From Caldilineaceae bacterium (GTDB lineage: Bacteria; Chloroflexota; Anaerolineae; Caldilineales; Caldilineaceae), in NCBI GenBank assembly GCA_026705565.1, contig JAPPAJ010000340.1, positions 1 through 53,546 on the forward strand: DNA of 53,546 nt, given 5' to 3'. How positions within the stretch are numbered: position 1 is the stretch's first letter; each line of letters begins with the position of its first letter. Of the stretch, positions 1-12,978 are shown one piece after another. The notes below the pieces were generated by a model, which worked only from the letters and a program-made list of their open reading frames with translations, was not told where the DNA came from and searched no databases. The position numbers and the translations under genes are program-made.

Positions 1-42
1 GTTCACATGGGGCTTCGTCCGCTCAAATACCGCCTTGGCCAT
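1..42 (-). CDS. tuf: elongation factor Tu, first 14 codons only (gene runs off the left edge)
   Basis: The reverse complement of 1-42 reads ATG GCC AAG GCG GTA TTT GAG CGG ACG AAG CCC CAT GTG AAC = MAKAVFERTKPHVN, the canonical EF-Tu N-terminus. It lies downstream of rpsL-rpsG-fusA as in str operons. It is absent from the ORF track because it is truncated. Confidence 0.8.
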   Translation of the reverse strand, partial: MAKAVFERTKPHVN

Positions 43-221
43 CTTCCGTTTCCTGTTGCAACTGGAATTGACTTGGACCAATCAATGGACACCGATTCAA
101 CGCGGCAGCAAAGACCGCAACCCGCCTGGAGGTCTGCCGACCCCGAACCTGCGGAGAACGTTCCCTTGGGGAACCTGGCCGCGCCCGATGAGCAACCCCG
201 AATCCGGAGTCACGAAGGGGC

Positions 222-251
222 AGTATAGCCATACGGTTGCGCCCCATGCAA
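222..251 (-). promoter_or_regulatory. candidate sigma70-type promoter in the fusA-tuf spacer
   Basis: The minus strand reads TTGCAT (251-246), an 18-nt spacer, then TATACT (227-222), about 180 nt upstream of the tuf ATG. This is a motif match only. Confidence 0.3.
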
Positions 252-291
252 AAACAGCCCCAAGCCGATCACCAGCCACGGCGGCCGCGCG

Positions 292-2373
<2,082 letters not shown>

Positions 2374-2514
2374 GAAGATTTACCTGGTCGATCGGGATTC
2401 GCGCGCAGTCGCCGAGCCCGAAACAGCGCCCGCAGTGCACGGGGGCACCGCTCCGACCGGTGTTCGGCGGAGAAATATTGAGTTGGCGGGGGGAAGACGG
2501 TCCTGCGACGCGCC

Positions 2515-2982
2515 CTATCGGAAGTGCGTGAAGGCCCGGTTGGCGTCGGCCATGCGATGGGTGTCGTCGCGCCGCTTGATGGTGGCACTCTCCCCATTGA
2601 TCGTTTCGATAAATTCCTGCGCCAGGCGACTGGCCATGTCGCGGCCGCCCCGCTGGCGGGCATGGTTGATGAGCCAGCGCATGCCAAGGGCCTGCTTGCG
2701 CTCGAAGCGCACCTCCATCGGCACCTGGTAGGTGGCTCCGCCCACGCGCCGCGGCCTGACTTCGACACGCGGCATGGCCCGTTCCAAGGCGGTGTTGAAA
2801 ATCTCAATCCCAGGCTGGCCGAGACGCTGCTCGGCGATGTCCAGGGCCCCATAGACAATGCGCGTCGCGGTCGATTTCTTGCCGTGGAGCATCAGGTTGT
2901 TGATGAACTTGGCCAGGTCCGTCGAACCGTAGCGGGGATCGGGCTCAATCTCCCGGATGGGCGGTCTGTTTCTTCTGGGCAT
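2515..2982 (-). CDS. rpsG: 30S ribosomal protein S7
   Basis: 155 aa, MPRRNRPPIREIEPDPRYGS...VPMEVRFERKQALGMRW, typical uS7. It lies between rpsL and fusA. Confidence 0.97.
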   Translation of the reverse strand: MPRRNRPPIREIEPDPRYGSTDLAKFINNLMLHGKKSTATRIVYGALDIAEQRLGQPGIEIFNTALERAMPRVEVRPRRVGGATYQVPMEVRFERKQALGMRWLINHARQRGGRDMASRLAQEFIETINGESATIKRRDDTHRMADANRAFTHFR

Positions 2983-3027
2983 ATGCTTGTCCTGTTACCG
3001 CGTCAACACGCTGCTGTTCCCAACGGG

Positions 3028-3441
3028 TCAATTCTTCTTGGTGCCGTAGCGGCTGCGGCCGCGCCGTCGGTTCTCGACCCCGGTGGCATCCAGGGCCCCG
3101 CGCACAATCTGGTAGCGCACACCCGGCAAATCGCGCACCCCGCCGCCCCTAATCAACACCACGCTGTGTTCCTGGAGGGTATGCCCTTCGCCCGGAATGT
3201 AGGCCGTGACCTCCATGCCGTTGGTCAGGCGCACCCGGGCCACCTTGCGCAGCGCCGAATTCGGCTTGCGGGGCGTGGTGGTCCGCACCTGCGTGCAAAC
3301 ACCGCGCTTCTGCGGATTGCCGGTCTTGCTGGTGCGGGTGCGGCCGGTCAGGGTGTTGTGGGTCACCCGCAACGCCGGTGCATTCATCTTCTTGGGTTTG
3401 GACTTGCGCCCTTTGCGGACGAGCTGGTTGATGGTCGGCAA
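3028..3441 (-). CDS. rpsL: 30S ribosomal protein S12 (TTG start; ORF-track entry 3028..3567 is over-extended)
   Basis: The conserved N-terminus [12 protein letters not shown] follows a TTG at 3441-3439 directly. The product is 137 aa, the normal S12 size. The upstream 42 codons of the track ORF have no S12 counterpart. Confidence 0.92.
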   Translation of the reverse strand: MPTINQLVRKGRKSKPKKMNAPALRVTHNTLTGRTRTSKTGNPQKRGVCTQVRTTTPRKPNSALRKVARVRLTNGMEVTAYIPGEGHTLQEHSVVLIRGGGVRDLPGVRYQIVRGALDATGVENRRRGRSRYGTKKN

Positions 3442-3594
3442 AAGATCCTCCGCCGCGCGTGTGGACGGATTCCACACGTCCGGGAACCCGCAATGCCTGA
3501 CTGGCAAGCGGGAAGTATGGGCCAGAAAGACGCTCCGGTCAAAAACCGGTGTGCCGGCCGCGTCCACACAAGGGGTCCGCAGCCGGCGTTGAAT

Positions 3595-6500
3595 CTACTC
3601 CGGCTCCACCGCTTCCTCTTCCTCCTCCAAGTCGTCGGCATCGTCGCCCAGACCGACGTTCTGGAGGGAGTCCAGCTCGCCCACGGCCAGAGCCGCACCC
3701 AGGATGTCATCGCTGTCCGTAAGCCCCTGCAGGAACTCCAGATCCGACGCCATGTCGCCCAGGCCCTTGCCGACCTCGGTATCCCGACTGCCGGCACCGA
3801 TGCGGGCCTCCTCGGTCAGGCGCTGGTGGAAACCGGTGCCCACCGGGATCAGATTGCCGAGGATGACGTTCTCCTTGAGGCCGCGCAGGCGATCCTCCTG
3901 ACCCTTGATGGCCGCATCCGTCAGCACGCGAGTGGTCTCCTGGAAGCTGGCGGCCGCCAGGAAGCTGTCGGTCATCAGCGCCGCCCGGGTCATGCCCAGC
4001 AACTTCAGGGCGCCTTGGGCCGGCTTCAGCCCTTCGTCCACCATGCGATCGTTCACGTCCTCGAAGCGGTAGCGGTCCACGTACTCGCCCAGCAGGAACT
4101 CGGTGTCGCCGGTGGCCTGAACCTGAACCCGCCGCAGGAGCTGGCGCAGAATCACCTCGATGTGCTTGTCGTGGATGGCCACGCCCTGTTCCACGTACAC
4201 CTTCTGGACTTCGTCCCGGATGTACAGCTGGCACGCCTCGCGCCCGGAGATTTCGAGAATCCGCTTGGGATCCAGCGCCCCGGGGGTCAGCTGGGTGCCG
4301 GCGGTCACATGATCGCCGTCCTGAACCAGCGGTTCCGTGTAGGCCGGGATTTCCGCTTCCCACGCGTGCGGCACCGTCCTGCGCACGTGAATGGTGCCGC
4401 CGTCACCGACTGCCTCGACCTGGTCGACGGTGCCTTCCATGCCTGCCCGGATCAGGTGGCTGTCCGGAGGATCCGGCAGTTCCGCCGCCTCCTTGGCAAT
4501 CGCGACCGGCATATCGGCCTGAACCGAATCGCCGATGGCAATCAGGATGTTCCAGCCTTCCGGCGGCACCTGCACGAGCCGGTGCAGTGCGTCCTCCCGA
4601 CTCACCCTGACCATGCGCACGTCGTCCTCGAAGTAGGTCGCGACGCTTCCGTCCAGCTCGCTGATCACCGCTTCGCCCTTGGGAATGCGCGCCTCAAACA
4701 ATTCCTCCACGCGGGGCAGGCCGCGGGTAATGTCCTGGGACGAGGCTACGCCGCCGCTGTGAAAGGTGCGCAGCGTCAGCTGGGTGCCGGGTTCCCCGAT
4801 GGACTGGGCGGCAATGATGCCCACCGCGTCGCCGAGCTCCACCATTTCGCGGGAGGCCAGGTTGGACCCGTAGCAGTAGCGGCAGAGGCCGAAGCGACTG
4901 TCGCAGGTCAGGGGGGTGCGGACCTCGATCTGTTCGATGCCTCGTTCCACCAGCGTGGACACCTCGACATCCGTGATGAGATGGTTGCGGTAGAACAGCA
5001 CTTCGCCGGTGGTCGGGTCGACCACGTTCTGCGCCAGGCAGCGCGCCAGGATCTTTTCCACTTGGGGACCAAGCCAAATCTCGCGCGGGCCCTCGAGATC
5101 GCTCAAGGTGCGATGCGCCTTGTCGGCATGCACGTCCAGCACGATGCCGTTGGGGGTGCCGCAATCCTCATGGGAGATGATCACGTCCTGAGCCACGTCC
5201 ACCAGACGCCGGGTCAGATAGCCCGCGTCCGCGGTTCTCAGCGCCGTGTCGGCCAGTCCCTTGCGCGAACCGTGGGTGGAGATGAAGTACTCCATCGTCG
5301 TGAGGCCGTCGCGGAAATTCGAGCGGATCGGCATCGGAATGATGCGGCCATTGGGGTCGTACATCAGACCCCGCATGCCCGCCAACTGGTTGATGGTCGT
5401 GTGACCGCCCTTGGCGGCGCCGGAAATCGACATGGCGCCCACGCTGTTGGTGGGGTTCAGCATTTCCCGGATGCGCGTCGAAACCTGGTTCGTGGCACCG
5501 TTCCAGGCTTCGATGCGGCCCCGCTCCATTTCGCTGGTGGTCATCAGCCCCCGGTTGTACTGGGCCTCCAGCTGCAGCTCCTGCTGCCGGGCCTCCTCGA
5601 TGATGGCCCCCTTGTCTGCCGGCGCCTCCAGGTCGCTGACGGCCATGGTGATGCCCGACAGGGTTGCGTACCGGAAGCCCAGGGCCTTGATGCGGTCCGC
5701 CACTTCGGCGGTCTCCTCCATGCCCAGGAACTGGTAGGCGTAGTGCACGACCTCGCTGACGCCGGCCTTGTCCAGCCGTTCGTTGACGAACGGCATCTGG
5801 GGCGGCAGCACGCGGTTGAAGATGATGCGTCCCACCGTGGTCCGCTTGAACTCCGGCGGTTCCGCCGGCTTTTCGTCCTCTGCGACAGCGGCCAGTGCCT
5901 CGAGCATCTCGGCCATGGCCACTTCGCCGAAGTCGTGGACCCGGTCCTGAAACTCCTCGTGGCTGCCGGCATCGGTGAGGGCGCTGCGCAACTGTGCCAC
6001 CGTTTCCAGGCCGCCGGCCTCCAGGGCCTTCACCCAGCGCGGATTGATGTCCAGGTCGGTTACCTTCTGCTGCTCAACGTACGGCCGCAGGCGCACCATC
6101 ACAGGCTCGCGCAGGCCGACCTTGCCCTGCTCGTAGGCGTACACCGCCTGGTCCGCGTTCGGATAGTGGCGCAGGTCAGCATCCAGCACCGGCGGTTCGC
6201 GCTCCTCCATCAGGGTCAGGTAGAACACCCCCATCACCATGTCCTTGGTCGGGCTGATGATCGGTTCGCCGCTGCTCGGCTTGAGCAGGTTGCGCGAGGC
6301 CAGCATCAGTTCGCGGGCCTCGCGGACCGCCTGGTCGCTGAGGGGCACATGCACGGCCATCTGATCGCCGTCGAAATCGGCATTGAAGGCCGTGCAGACC
6401 AGCGGATGCAGTTGAATGGCGCTGCCTTCGATCAACTTCACCTCGAAGGCCTGGATGCCCAGCCGGTGCAGGGTCGGGGCACGGTTGAGCAGGACGGGAC

Positions 6501-8259
6501 GCTCCCGGGTGATCTTCTCCAGGACGTCCCAAACCTCCTCCTCCGCCGTGTCCACCATGCGCTTGGCGTGCCGCACGTTGGTGGCGGTGCCGTTGCGCAC
6601 CAGGTTTTCGATGACAAACGGCTTGAACAGTTCGAGGGCCATGCTCTTGGGAATGCCGGCCTGCTGCAGCTTGAGGTCGGGACCGACAACGATCACGGAG
6701 CGGCCCGAGTAGTCCACCCGCTTGCCCAGCAGGTTGCGCCGGAAGCGTCCCTGCTTGCCCTTGAGCATGTCGGTCAGGCTCTTGAGGGGATGCCGCTGGT
6801 TGCGGTTGGCCGTGTTGCGGTTGCGCTTGCGATTGTCGATCAGGCTGTCGACCGCCTCCTGCAGCATGCGCTTTTCGTTGCGCACGATGACATCGGGCGC
6901 GTTGAGCTCCAGCAGCCGCTTGAGGCGGTTGTTGCGGTTGATGACCCGCCGGTAGAGGTCGTTCAGGTCGCTGGTGGCGAACCGGCCGCCGTCCAGCTGC
7001 ACCATGGGCCGCAACTCCGGCGGAATGACGGGCAGTTCAGTCAGGATCATCCACTCCGGACGGTTGCCGGATTTCTTCAGGTCCACAAACACCCGCAGCC
7101 GCTTGGCGGCCTTGGTCCGCTTCTGCTCGCTGCGGGATGTCCGGATGATCTCCCGCATCTCGTCGATCAGGTCGTCCAGGTCAATCTTGCGGAGAAGTTC
7201 CAGGATGCCCTCGGCCCCCATGCGGGCCTCGAAGGTGTTGCCGTACTGCTTGACCATGTTCCGGTATTCATGATCCGAAATCAGCATCCCGGTGTGGATT
7301 TCCTTGAGCCCCTTCAGGGACTCCTCCATCGTCTCGATCAGCTTTTCGCGGCTCTGCTCCTCCGTCGCGTCCAGTTCCGCCAACTCCTGCTCGACCTGCT
7401 CGCGCAGGTCGTCCACCTGGGCGGCCGCATCCTGGACAATCTCGGCCTTCTTCTCTTCGGACTCCCGGCCCAACTGGTCCGCGAAATCCTCGAAGTGGCC
7501 GTTGACGACGGTCTCGAGGTCGGCCGCCACCCGACGGCCCTTGGCCACCACGACCCGCTTGACCCAGCTCAACCGCTGCGACTCCGGCGCCGACTTGCCC
7601 ATGTGCTCATTGGCCCACTGGATCAGTGCCTGGACCTCGGCGATGGCGGAACTCGAACGCGTGGAGATGTCCTCATCCACATCTTCGATTTGGCGGTCCC
7701 GCTCGACCAGCACGCGGTCGCGCGCCTCCTCGAACGCGGCCTCGGCCTTGTTGCGCTGGTTCTGCGTGGACGCCTGAATCTTGGTCAGCTTCAGCGCCAG
7801 TTCCTTTTCGCGTCGGACAATCAGCCGCTTGCGCGCATCCTCGTTGACCCTGATGGTGATGTACTGGGCGTAGTAGAGAACCTTTTCCAGCTCCCGGGGC
7901 GAAATGTCCAGCAGCAGGCCCAGGCGGCAGGGCATGCCCTTGGCATACCAGATGTGGCTCACCGGGGAGGCCAGGGAGATGTGCCCCATGCGTTCGCGGC
8001 GCACCCGGTTTGGCAGGACCTCCACGCCGCACTTGTCGCAGATGATCCCTTTGTACCGCTCGCGCTTGTACTTGCCGCAGCTGCACTCCCAATCCTTTTC
8101 GGGACCGAAGATGCGCTCGCTGAAGAGGCCGTCGCGCTCGGGCTTGAGGGTCCGGTAGTTGATCGTCTCCGGCTTCAGCACTTCGCCCTTGCTCCACTGG
8201 AGAATCTGCTCGGGGGAAGCCAGCGAAATCCGTGCCAGCCCGAACTTGCCTGTATCCAT
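3595..8259 (-). CDS. rpoC: DNA-directed RNA polymerase subunit beta-prime (1554 aa, with lineage-specific insertions)
   Basis: Zn-finger [23 protein letters not shown] and catalytic NADFDGDQM are present, with trigger-loop and bridge-helix regions recognisable. It is located after rpoB. Confidence 0.97.
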   Translation of the reverse strand: MDTGKFGLARISLASPEQILQWSKGEVLKPETINYRTLKPERDGLFSERIFGPEKDWECSCGKYKRERYKGIICDKCGVEVLPNRVRRERMGHISLASPVSHIWYAKGMPCRLGLLLDISPRELEKVLYYAQYITIRVNEDARKRLIVRREKELALKLTKIQASTQNQRNKAEAAFEEARDRVLVERDRQIEDVDEDISTRSSSAIAEVQALIQWANEHMGKSAPESQRLSWVKRVVVAKGRRVAADLETVVNGHFEDFADQLGRESEEKKAEIVQDAAAQVDDLREQVEQELAELDATEEQSREKLIETMEESLKGLKEIHTGMLISDHEYRNMVKQYGNTFEARMGAEGILELLRKIDLDDLIDEMREIIRTSRSEQKRTKAAKRLRVFVDLKKSGNRPEWMILTELPVIPPELRPMVQLDGGRFATSDLNDLYRRVINRNNRLKRLLELNAPDVIVRNEKRMLQEAVDSLIDNRKRNRNTANRNQRHPLKSLTDMLKGKQGRFRRNLLGKRVDYSGRSVIVVGPDLKLQQAGIPKSMALELFKPFVIENLVRNGTATNVRHAKRMVDTAEEEVWDVLEKITRERPVLLNRAPTLHRLGIQAFEVKLIEGSAIQLHPLVCTAFNADFDGDQMAVHVPLSDQAVREARELMLASRNLLKPSSGEPIISPTKDMVMGVFYLTLMEEREPPVLDADLRHYPNADQAVYAYEQGKVGLREPVMVRLRPYVEQQKVTDLDINPRWVKALEAGGLETVAQLRSALTDAGSHEEFQDRVHDFGEVAMAEMLEALAAVAEDEKPAEPPEFKRTTVGRIIFNRVLPPQMPFVNERLDKAGVSEVVHYAYQFLGMEETAEVADRIKALGFRYATLSGITMAVSDLEAPADKGAIIEEARQQELQLEAQYNRGLMTTSEMERGRIEAWNGATNQVSTRIREMLNPTNSVGAMSISGAAKGGHTTINQLAGMRGLMYDPNGRIIPMPIRSNFRDGLTTMEYFISTHGSRKGLADTALRTADAGYLTRRLVDVAQDVIISHEDCGTPNGIVLDVHADKAHRTLSDLEGPREIWLGPQVEKILARCLAQNVVDPTTGEVLFYRNHLITDVEVSTLVERGIEQIEVRTPLTCDSRFGLCRYCYGSNLASREMVELGDAVGIIAAQSIGEPGTQLTLRTFHSGGVASSQDITRGLPRVEELFEARIPKGEAVISELDGSVATYFEDDVRMVRVSREDALHRLVQVPPEGWNILIAIGDSVQADMPVAIAKEAAELPDPPDSHLIRAGMEGTVDQVEAVGDGGTIHVRRTVPHAWEAEIPAYTEPLVQDGDHVTAGTQLTPGALDPKRILEISGREACQLYIRDEVQKVYVEQGVAIHDKHIEVILRQLLRRVQVQATGDTEFLLGEYVDRYRFEDVNDRMVDEGLKPAQGALKLLGMTRAALMTDSFLAAASFQETTRVLTDAAIKGQEDRLRGLKENVILGNLIPVGTGFHQRLTEEARIGAGSRDTEVGKGLGDMASDLEFLQGLTDSDDILGAALAVGELDSLQNVGLGDDADDLEEEEEAVEPE

Positions 8260-8354
8260 GCTCTGCTCCTTGGTGTCCGCAGCTCCGGCCGGTCCGCTTG
8301 GAACCCACCGTCAAAATCTGCCGTCTGAGGTGTTCGCCTAAATAAGAATCCGGA

Positions 8355-11300
8355 CTACAACGGGGTGGGCAGGCCGCCGTGGAAGATCGGCATGGCGGGG
8401 GTGGCATCCTCCCGGCCCACGACCACCGACTCGCCCTTGTCGTCGGTGATGTCCATGGCCAAGCCCAGGCTGCGCAATTCCTTAATCAGGACCTTGAGGC
8501 TCTCGGGCCGCTCCGGCTTCTGGATGTCCTCGCCCTTGACAATCGCCTGATAGGTCGCGACGCGGCCAATCGTGTCGTCCGACTTGATCGTGAGCATCTC
8601 CTGCAGGCTGTGGGCGGCACCGTAGGCCTCCAGGGCCCACACCTCCATTTCCCCGAAGCGCTGGCCACCGTTCTGGGCCTTGCCGCCGAGCGGCTGCTGT
8701 GTCACGAGGCTGTACGGGCCCGTGCTGCGGGCATGCACCTTGTCCTCGACCAAATGCAGGAGCTTCAGCATGAACGAAACGCCGACGGTCACCGGCTCGT
8801 TGAAGGGCTCACCGCTCTTGCCGTCGTAGAGCACCTGCTTGCCCGACAGGGGCAGGGGCTGTCCGCTCCTGGCAGCGACCTGGGCGGCGACCGCCGCCAG
8901 TTCCGCACTGCCGAGGTCCGTCCACGCACCCGTGTCCTCGCTGTCCTCCATCTGCTGCTGGATCCATTCCCGGTAGGCGACATCCACCGCCAACTGATCG
9001 TCCGCCTCCGTCGTCTCCCTGTGGGTGTAGTCCTGGGGCAGGATGGTCTCCGGGCTGTATCCCTTTTCCTTCAGCCACTCCCGCGCCACCGCGCGCCGGG
9101 CAAAGGCGTAGTCGCTGTCCACGCGCGCCATGTCGTAGTGGTCCGCCGGCAGCCACTCATGGAGATAGATGAACTGCATTTCCCCATCATCGTCGAGATT
9201 CTCCAGGCAGAAGTCGACTTCGGGGTCGGCGTCCAGCTCGGCCCCCAGCCGCCATGCGCGTTCCGACATGATGTCCCAGGCCCGGTCCGTCAGCCAGGCC
9301 CGCGCGAGCTCGGCGTCGATTTGGCCCTGCCGTGCACCGTCAAAGACCGGCGTCGCCACGCGGAAGCCAATCCGATGGGCGGCCCAACCCAGGTGGTTCT
9401 CCAGGATCTGGCCCAGGTTGATGCGGCCCTGGACCCCGATTGGATTCAGGATGATGTCCACGGGGGTCCCGTCCGCCAGGTGCGGCATGTCCTCGATCGG
9501 GATCACCTTCGAAATCACGCCCTTGTTGCCGTGCCGCCCGGACATCTTGTCGCCTTCGGTCAGCTTGCGCCGCTGGGCCACATTGATGTGGACCTCGCGC
9601 TCCGTGCCGGCGGGCAGGTCGTGCTCGTCGCGCGTGAAGACCTTGACGTCCACCACCTTGCCCCGTTGGCCGTTGGGCAGCCGCATCGACGTGTCCTTCA
9701 CATCCCGCACCTTCTCACCGAAGATGGCGCGCAACAGCTTTTCCTCCGGCGACAGCACGGTCTCGCCCTTGGGGGAAATCTTGCCCACCAGGATGTCGCC
9801 GCCCGTCACGTCGGCTCCGATGCGGATGATGCCGTTGCCGTCCAAATGCTGCCGGGCCTCGGGACCGACGTTGGGAATGTCGTCCGTGATTTCCTCCAGG
9901 CCCAGCTTGGTCTCGCGCGCAGAAACCTCGTGCCGCTCAATGTGGATGGAGGTGAACTTGTCCTGCTGGATCAGGCGCTCGCTCACCAGAATGGCGTCCT
10001 CGTAGTTGCCGCCCTCCCAGCTCATGTAGGCCACCAGCACGTTCTGGCCGAGCGCCAGTTCGCCCCGCTCCGTACTGGCGCTGTCCGCAATCACTTCGCC
10101 GGCCTCCACTCGCTGGCCCTGCCGTACAACCGGCCACTGGTCGATGCAGGTGCTCTGGTTGCTGCGGTTGTACTTGCGCAGCTTGTAGGTGTGGTGCCGC
10201 CCCTTGTCGTTCAATACCATGATGTGGTCGCCGCAGGCGGCTGTTACCAGACCGGCCTCCCCGGCCACCAGCACCTGGCCGGAGTCGATGGCCACCTGCC
10301 CCTCGATGCCCGTGCCGACCGTGGGCGCCTCCGCCCGGATCAACGGAACGGCCTGCCGCTGCATGTTCGATCCCATCAGGGCGCGGTTGGCATCGTCGTG
10401 TTCCAGGAACGGAATCAGGGAGGCGCTGATGCCCACAATCTGCTGCGGGGACACGTCGATGTACTCGACCTGGTCCACCGGCACGTGGGGGAAGTCGGAC
10501 GCGCGCCGCGTCGACGGGTACTCGTTCAGGAGTTCCATGCGCTCGTTCAGCGGGGTGCTCGCCTGTGCAATCGTCATGCGCTCGTCCACGTCCGCCGGCA
10601 TGTAGACAATCTCGTCCGCCACGAACGGCTTCACCGCCACCGACCGGCCCGACTTGGACCGCGTGATGCGCCGGGCCAGCTCCTCGTCGACGACGGTCCC
10701 AGCCGCTCCCAGGAGTCCACCCTTGCCATCCAATACATCCTCGTTGAGCGTCCGGCCCTGCAGTTCCTTGATGCGCCCCGGCACCTCGTGCAGGACCGGG
10801 CGGTAGGGCGTCTCGATGAAGCCGAGGCCGTTGATCCGGGCGAAGGAACTCATGTAGCCGATCAAACCGATGTTCGGCCCCTCCGGCGTCTCGATGGGAC
10901 AGATGCGGCCGTAGTGGCTGAAGTGCACGTCGCGCACTTCCACCCCGGCCCGCTCCCGTTTCAGACCGCCCGGACCCAACGCGCTCAGGCGCCGCTTGTG
11001 GGTCAGTTCCGAAAGGGGATTGATCTGATCCATGAACTGGCTCAGCTGGCTGCCGCCCATGAACTCGCGCACGGCCCCCAGCACCAGCTTGGCGTTCATC
11101 AGCTGGGTCGGCACCATCTGTTCGGGATCACGCACCGCCATCCGGTCGCGCACGCCCTTCTCCATCCGCGCCAAGCCCACCCGGACCTGGCCCTGCAACA
11201 ACTCGCCAACGGTATTCACGCGGCGGTTGCCCAGATGATCCATCACGTCCGTATCGACTTCGCGGTTGTTGATCCGAATCATGCGCCGCACGATATCCAG

Positions 11301-12227
11301 GAGATCCTCGCGGGTCAGGATCCGCTGTTCCATGCGCTCCGTCCGCTCGAGGCGCTGGTCCAGCTTGTAGCGGCCGACCTTGCCCAGGTCGTACCGGCGC
11401 GTGTCGAAGAACTGCTCCTCGATGAACCGCCGGGCCGCCTCCGCCTTGGCCGGATCACTGGGCCGCTGCGTGCGGTAGAAGCGAATCTGAGCATCCTTGA
11501 TCCCCTCCTCGCCGTTGACCACCGGCGCCAGCGGATCCTTCTCCAGGGTTGCCTCGATGAAGCGGTGCTGCTCGTCCGTGTCCACGTCCTCGAACAGCGC
11601 GCGGATTTCCTCGTCCGTGCCGTAGCCCAGGGCGCGTATCAGGATCGTCACCGACTGCTTGCGTTTGCGGTCCACCTTGACCGTGATTTCGTCGCGCTTC
11701 GAGGTCTCGAATTCCAGCCAGGCGCCCCGGCTCGGGATTACCTTGGCCGTCGCCAGGGGCCTGCCCGTCGAGCGGTCCACCACCTCTGAAAAGTAGACGC
11801 CGGGCGATCGGATCAACTGGGAGACCACGACCCGTTCGGCCCCGTTCATGATGAACGTGCCCGTGCGAGTCATCATCGGGAAGTCCCCGAGGTAGACCTC
11901 CTGGTCCACGATCTCGCCGGTGCTCATATTGAGCAGGCTGACATCGATTTTGAGCGGTGCCGCATAGGTCTTGTCGTTGTTGCGGCACTCCTCCTCCGTA
12001 AACTTGGGCTCCTCGAAGGCGTGCTTCCCCAGCGTCAACTGATAGGCCTTGCCGTAGCTGAGGATGGGCGGAAATTCCTCCAGAATCTCGCGCAGACCGT
12101 CCTGCAGGAACCAGTTGAAGCTTTCCTTCTGTACCTCGATCAAATTGGGTAGCGACATGGCCACCGGCGTACGGGCATAGGACTTGCGCGACCCGAAACC
12201 CGCCTGGACGGGAAGTGTGGTTGTCAT
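8355..12227 (-). CDS. rpoB: DNA-directed RNA polymerase subunit beta (1290 aa)
   Basis: Similarity to RpoB spans the full length ([25 protein letters not shown], rif-region [45 protein letters not shown]). Confidence 0.97.
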   Translation of the reverse strand: MTTTLPVQAGFGSRKSYARTPVAMSLPNLIEVQKESFNWFLQDGLREILEEFPPILSYGKAYQLTLGKHAFEEPKFTEEECRNNDKTYAAPLKIDVSLLNMSTGEIVDQEVYLGDFPMMTRTGTFIMNGAERVVVSQLIRSPGVYFSEVVDRSTGRPLATAKVIPSRGAWLEFETSKRDEITVKVDRKRKQSVTILIRALGYGTDEEIRALFEDVDTDEQHRFIEATLEKDPLAPVVNGEEGIKDAQIRFYRTQRPSDPAKAEAARRFIEEQFFDTRRYDLGKVGRYKLDQRLERTERMEQRILTREDLLDIVRRMIRINNREVDTDVMDHLGNRRVNTVGELLQGQVRVGLARMEKGVRDRMAVRDPEQMVPTQLMNAKLVLGAVREFMGGSQLSQFMDQINPLSELTHKRRLSALGPGGLKRERAGVEVRDVHFSHYGRICPIETPEGPNIGLIGYMSSFARINGLGFIETPYRPVLHEVPGRIKELQGRTLNEDVLDGKGGLLGAAGTVVDEELARRITRSKSGRSVAVKPFVADEIVYMPADVDERMTIAQASTPLNERMELLNEYPSTRRASDFPHVPVDQVEYIDVSPQQIVGISASLIPFLEHDDANRALMGSNMQRQAVPLIRAEAPTVGTGIEGQVAIDSGQVLVAGEAGLVTAACGDHIMVLNDKGRHHTYKLRKYNRSNQSTCIDQWPVVRQGQRVEAGEVIADSASTERGELALGQNVLVAYMSWEGGNYEDAILVSERLIQQDKFTSIHIERHEVSARETKLGLEEITDDIPNVGPEARQHLDGNGIIRIGADVTGGDILVGKISPKGETVLSPEEKLLRAIFGEKVRDVKDTSMRLPNGQRGKVVDVKVFTRDEHDLPAGTEREVHINVAQRRKLTEGDKMSGRHGNKGVISKVIPIEDMPHLADGTPVDIILNPIGVQGRINLGQILENHLGWAAHRIGFRVATPVFDGARQGQIDAELARAWLTDRAWDIMSERAWRLGAELDADPEVDFCLENLDDDGEMQFIYLHEWLPADHYDMARVDSDYAFARRAVAREWLKEKGYSPETILPQDYTHRETTEADDQLAVDVAYREWIQQQMEDSEDTGAWTDLGSAELAAVAAQVAARSGQPLPLSGKQVLYDGKSGEPFNEPVTVGVSFMLKLLHLVEDKVHARSTGPYSLVTQQPLGGKAQNGGQRFGEMEVWALEAYGAAHSLQEMLTIKSDDTIGRVATYQAIVKGEDIQKPERPESLKVLIKELRSLGLAMDITDDKGESVVVGREDATPAMPIFHGGLPTPL

Positions 12228-12728
12228 GGGTGCAGCTCCTTGGACTTGCGGAAGGCGCGCAGCCGCGGCTCCATTGGCGGCGGCCTGGGCACCCCCTTGG
12301 GGGACGGTCGCCCGAGGGCGGACAACCGGATCTCAGTTTTGAAGGGGAAAGTGCAAACAGAACCGGGACCGGCGGCTACCGCGGGGATGGCGCCGTTGCA
12401 AGATGGTCCGGTGGTGTTTTCAAACGGAGGTTCCGGTGCCTGCCTGCCGGTGATTCTGAATCGCACGAAATCGAGAACAGGATCGTGTGTGTCAGATTGC
12501 GGACGTGCATCGGGCCTCCCTGAATTGGTTGCGACGCGCCTACACTTTCCGCGCATGCACGGGCACCCAAGGCAAGGGCCCCGCTGCCCGCGGAAAGGCA
12601 GGGAAAGCAAGTGTACCACACTCTGGCCGCAACCGTGCGGAATCCTGCGGTAGGACACTGTCTCATCTTCGTTGATATTGGTTTCGGACTGTCATCGGCA
12701 TCGTCCGTGGGCACAATCCCACCGGTTT

Positions 12729-12974
12729 GGGACTTATATACCTGACTACGCAGTCGGCATACCTTGTTCACGGGTCCTTGAGGATCCCAATGGATCGCCT
12801 CTCGCCGTGCAGATGCCCCTGTCCCGCGGGCCGAAACGGGCACGGAACGGCTGCTTCCTGTCCGGTGGAGAGTCCGGATATCCGCCGGGCTCTCTTGTTT
12901 GCAGGACACGATTACAGTACAGGTGTACAGGGTTGTGCCTGTCGCACCGACTGCGTAGCCAGGTATATAAGCCC
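12729..12974. repeat. 246-bp element bounded by 28/29-nt inverted repeats (MITE-like or structured RNA)
   Basis: Arm 1 is 12729-12757, GGGACTTATATACCTGACTACGCAGTCGG. Arm 2 is 12947-12974, CCGACTGCGTAGCCAGGTATATAAGCCC. The arms are reverse complements apart from one mismatch and one 1-nt indel. No credible ORF lies inside. Confidence 0.6.
12868..12900 (+). terminator. intrinsic-terminator-like hairpin inside the IR-bounded element
   Basis: Stem GAGAGUCCGG, loop AUAUCCG, stem CCGGGCUCUC (10-bp stem including one G-U pair). UUGUUU follows on the plus strand only. No plus-strand gene is known upstream. Confidence 0.3.
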
Positions 12975-12978
12975 TTCT

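Noticed and set aside
2524-8328. A 1934-aa plus-strand ORF. Similar giants are 8379..11789 (+), 32753..36217 (+), 17606..19897 (-), 42473..44647 (+), 433..2481 (+) and 38630..39937 (+).
   Set aside because: Each is antisense to a highly conserved gene (rpoC, rpoB, nuoNML, mreB-mreD, nuoEF, fusA, nuoH). Their translations are Arg/Gly/His/Ala/Pro/Gln-rich low-complexity strings with no motifs. Long antisense ORFs are expected in GC-rich DNA because stop codons are AT-rich.
12849-12858. A 10-nt match on the minus strand to the SRP RNA domain IV consensus GGAAGCAGCC, preceded by CCGGAC.
   Set aside because: The 5' side lacks the conserved AGG/symmetric-loop partner, and the loop would be GGACA, not a GNRA tetraloop. 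I could not close the flanks into the 4.5S helix. A 10-mer match by chance is not negligible in ~107 kb of two-strand sequence.
12240-12909. Track ORFs in the rpoB upstream gap (12240..12653 +, 12224..12658 -, 12376..12909 -, among others).
   Set aside because: They overlap on both strands, have Gly/Arg/Pro-rich composition and no motifs. The gap is treated as non-coding leader or spacer.
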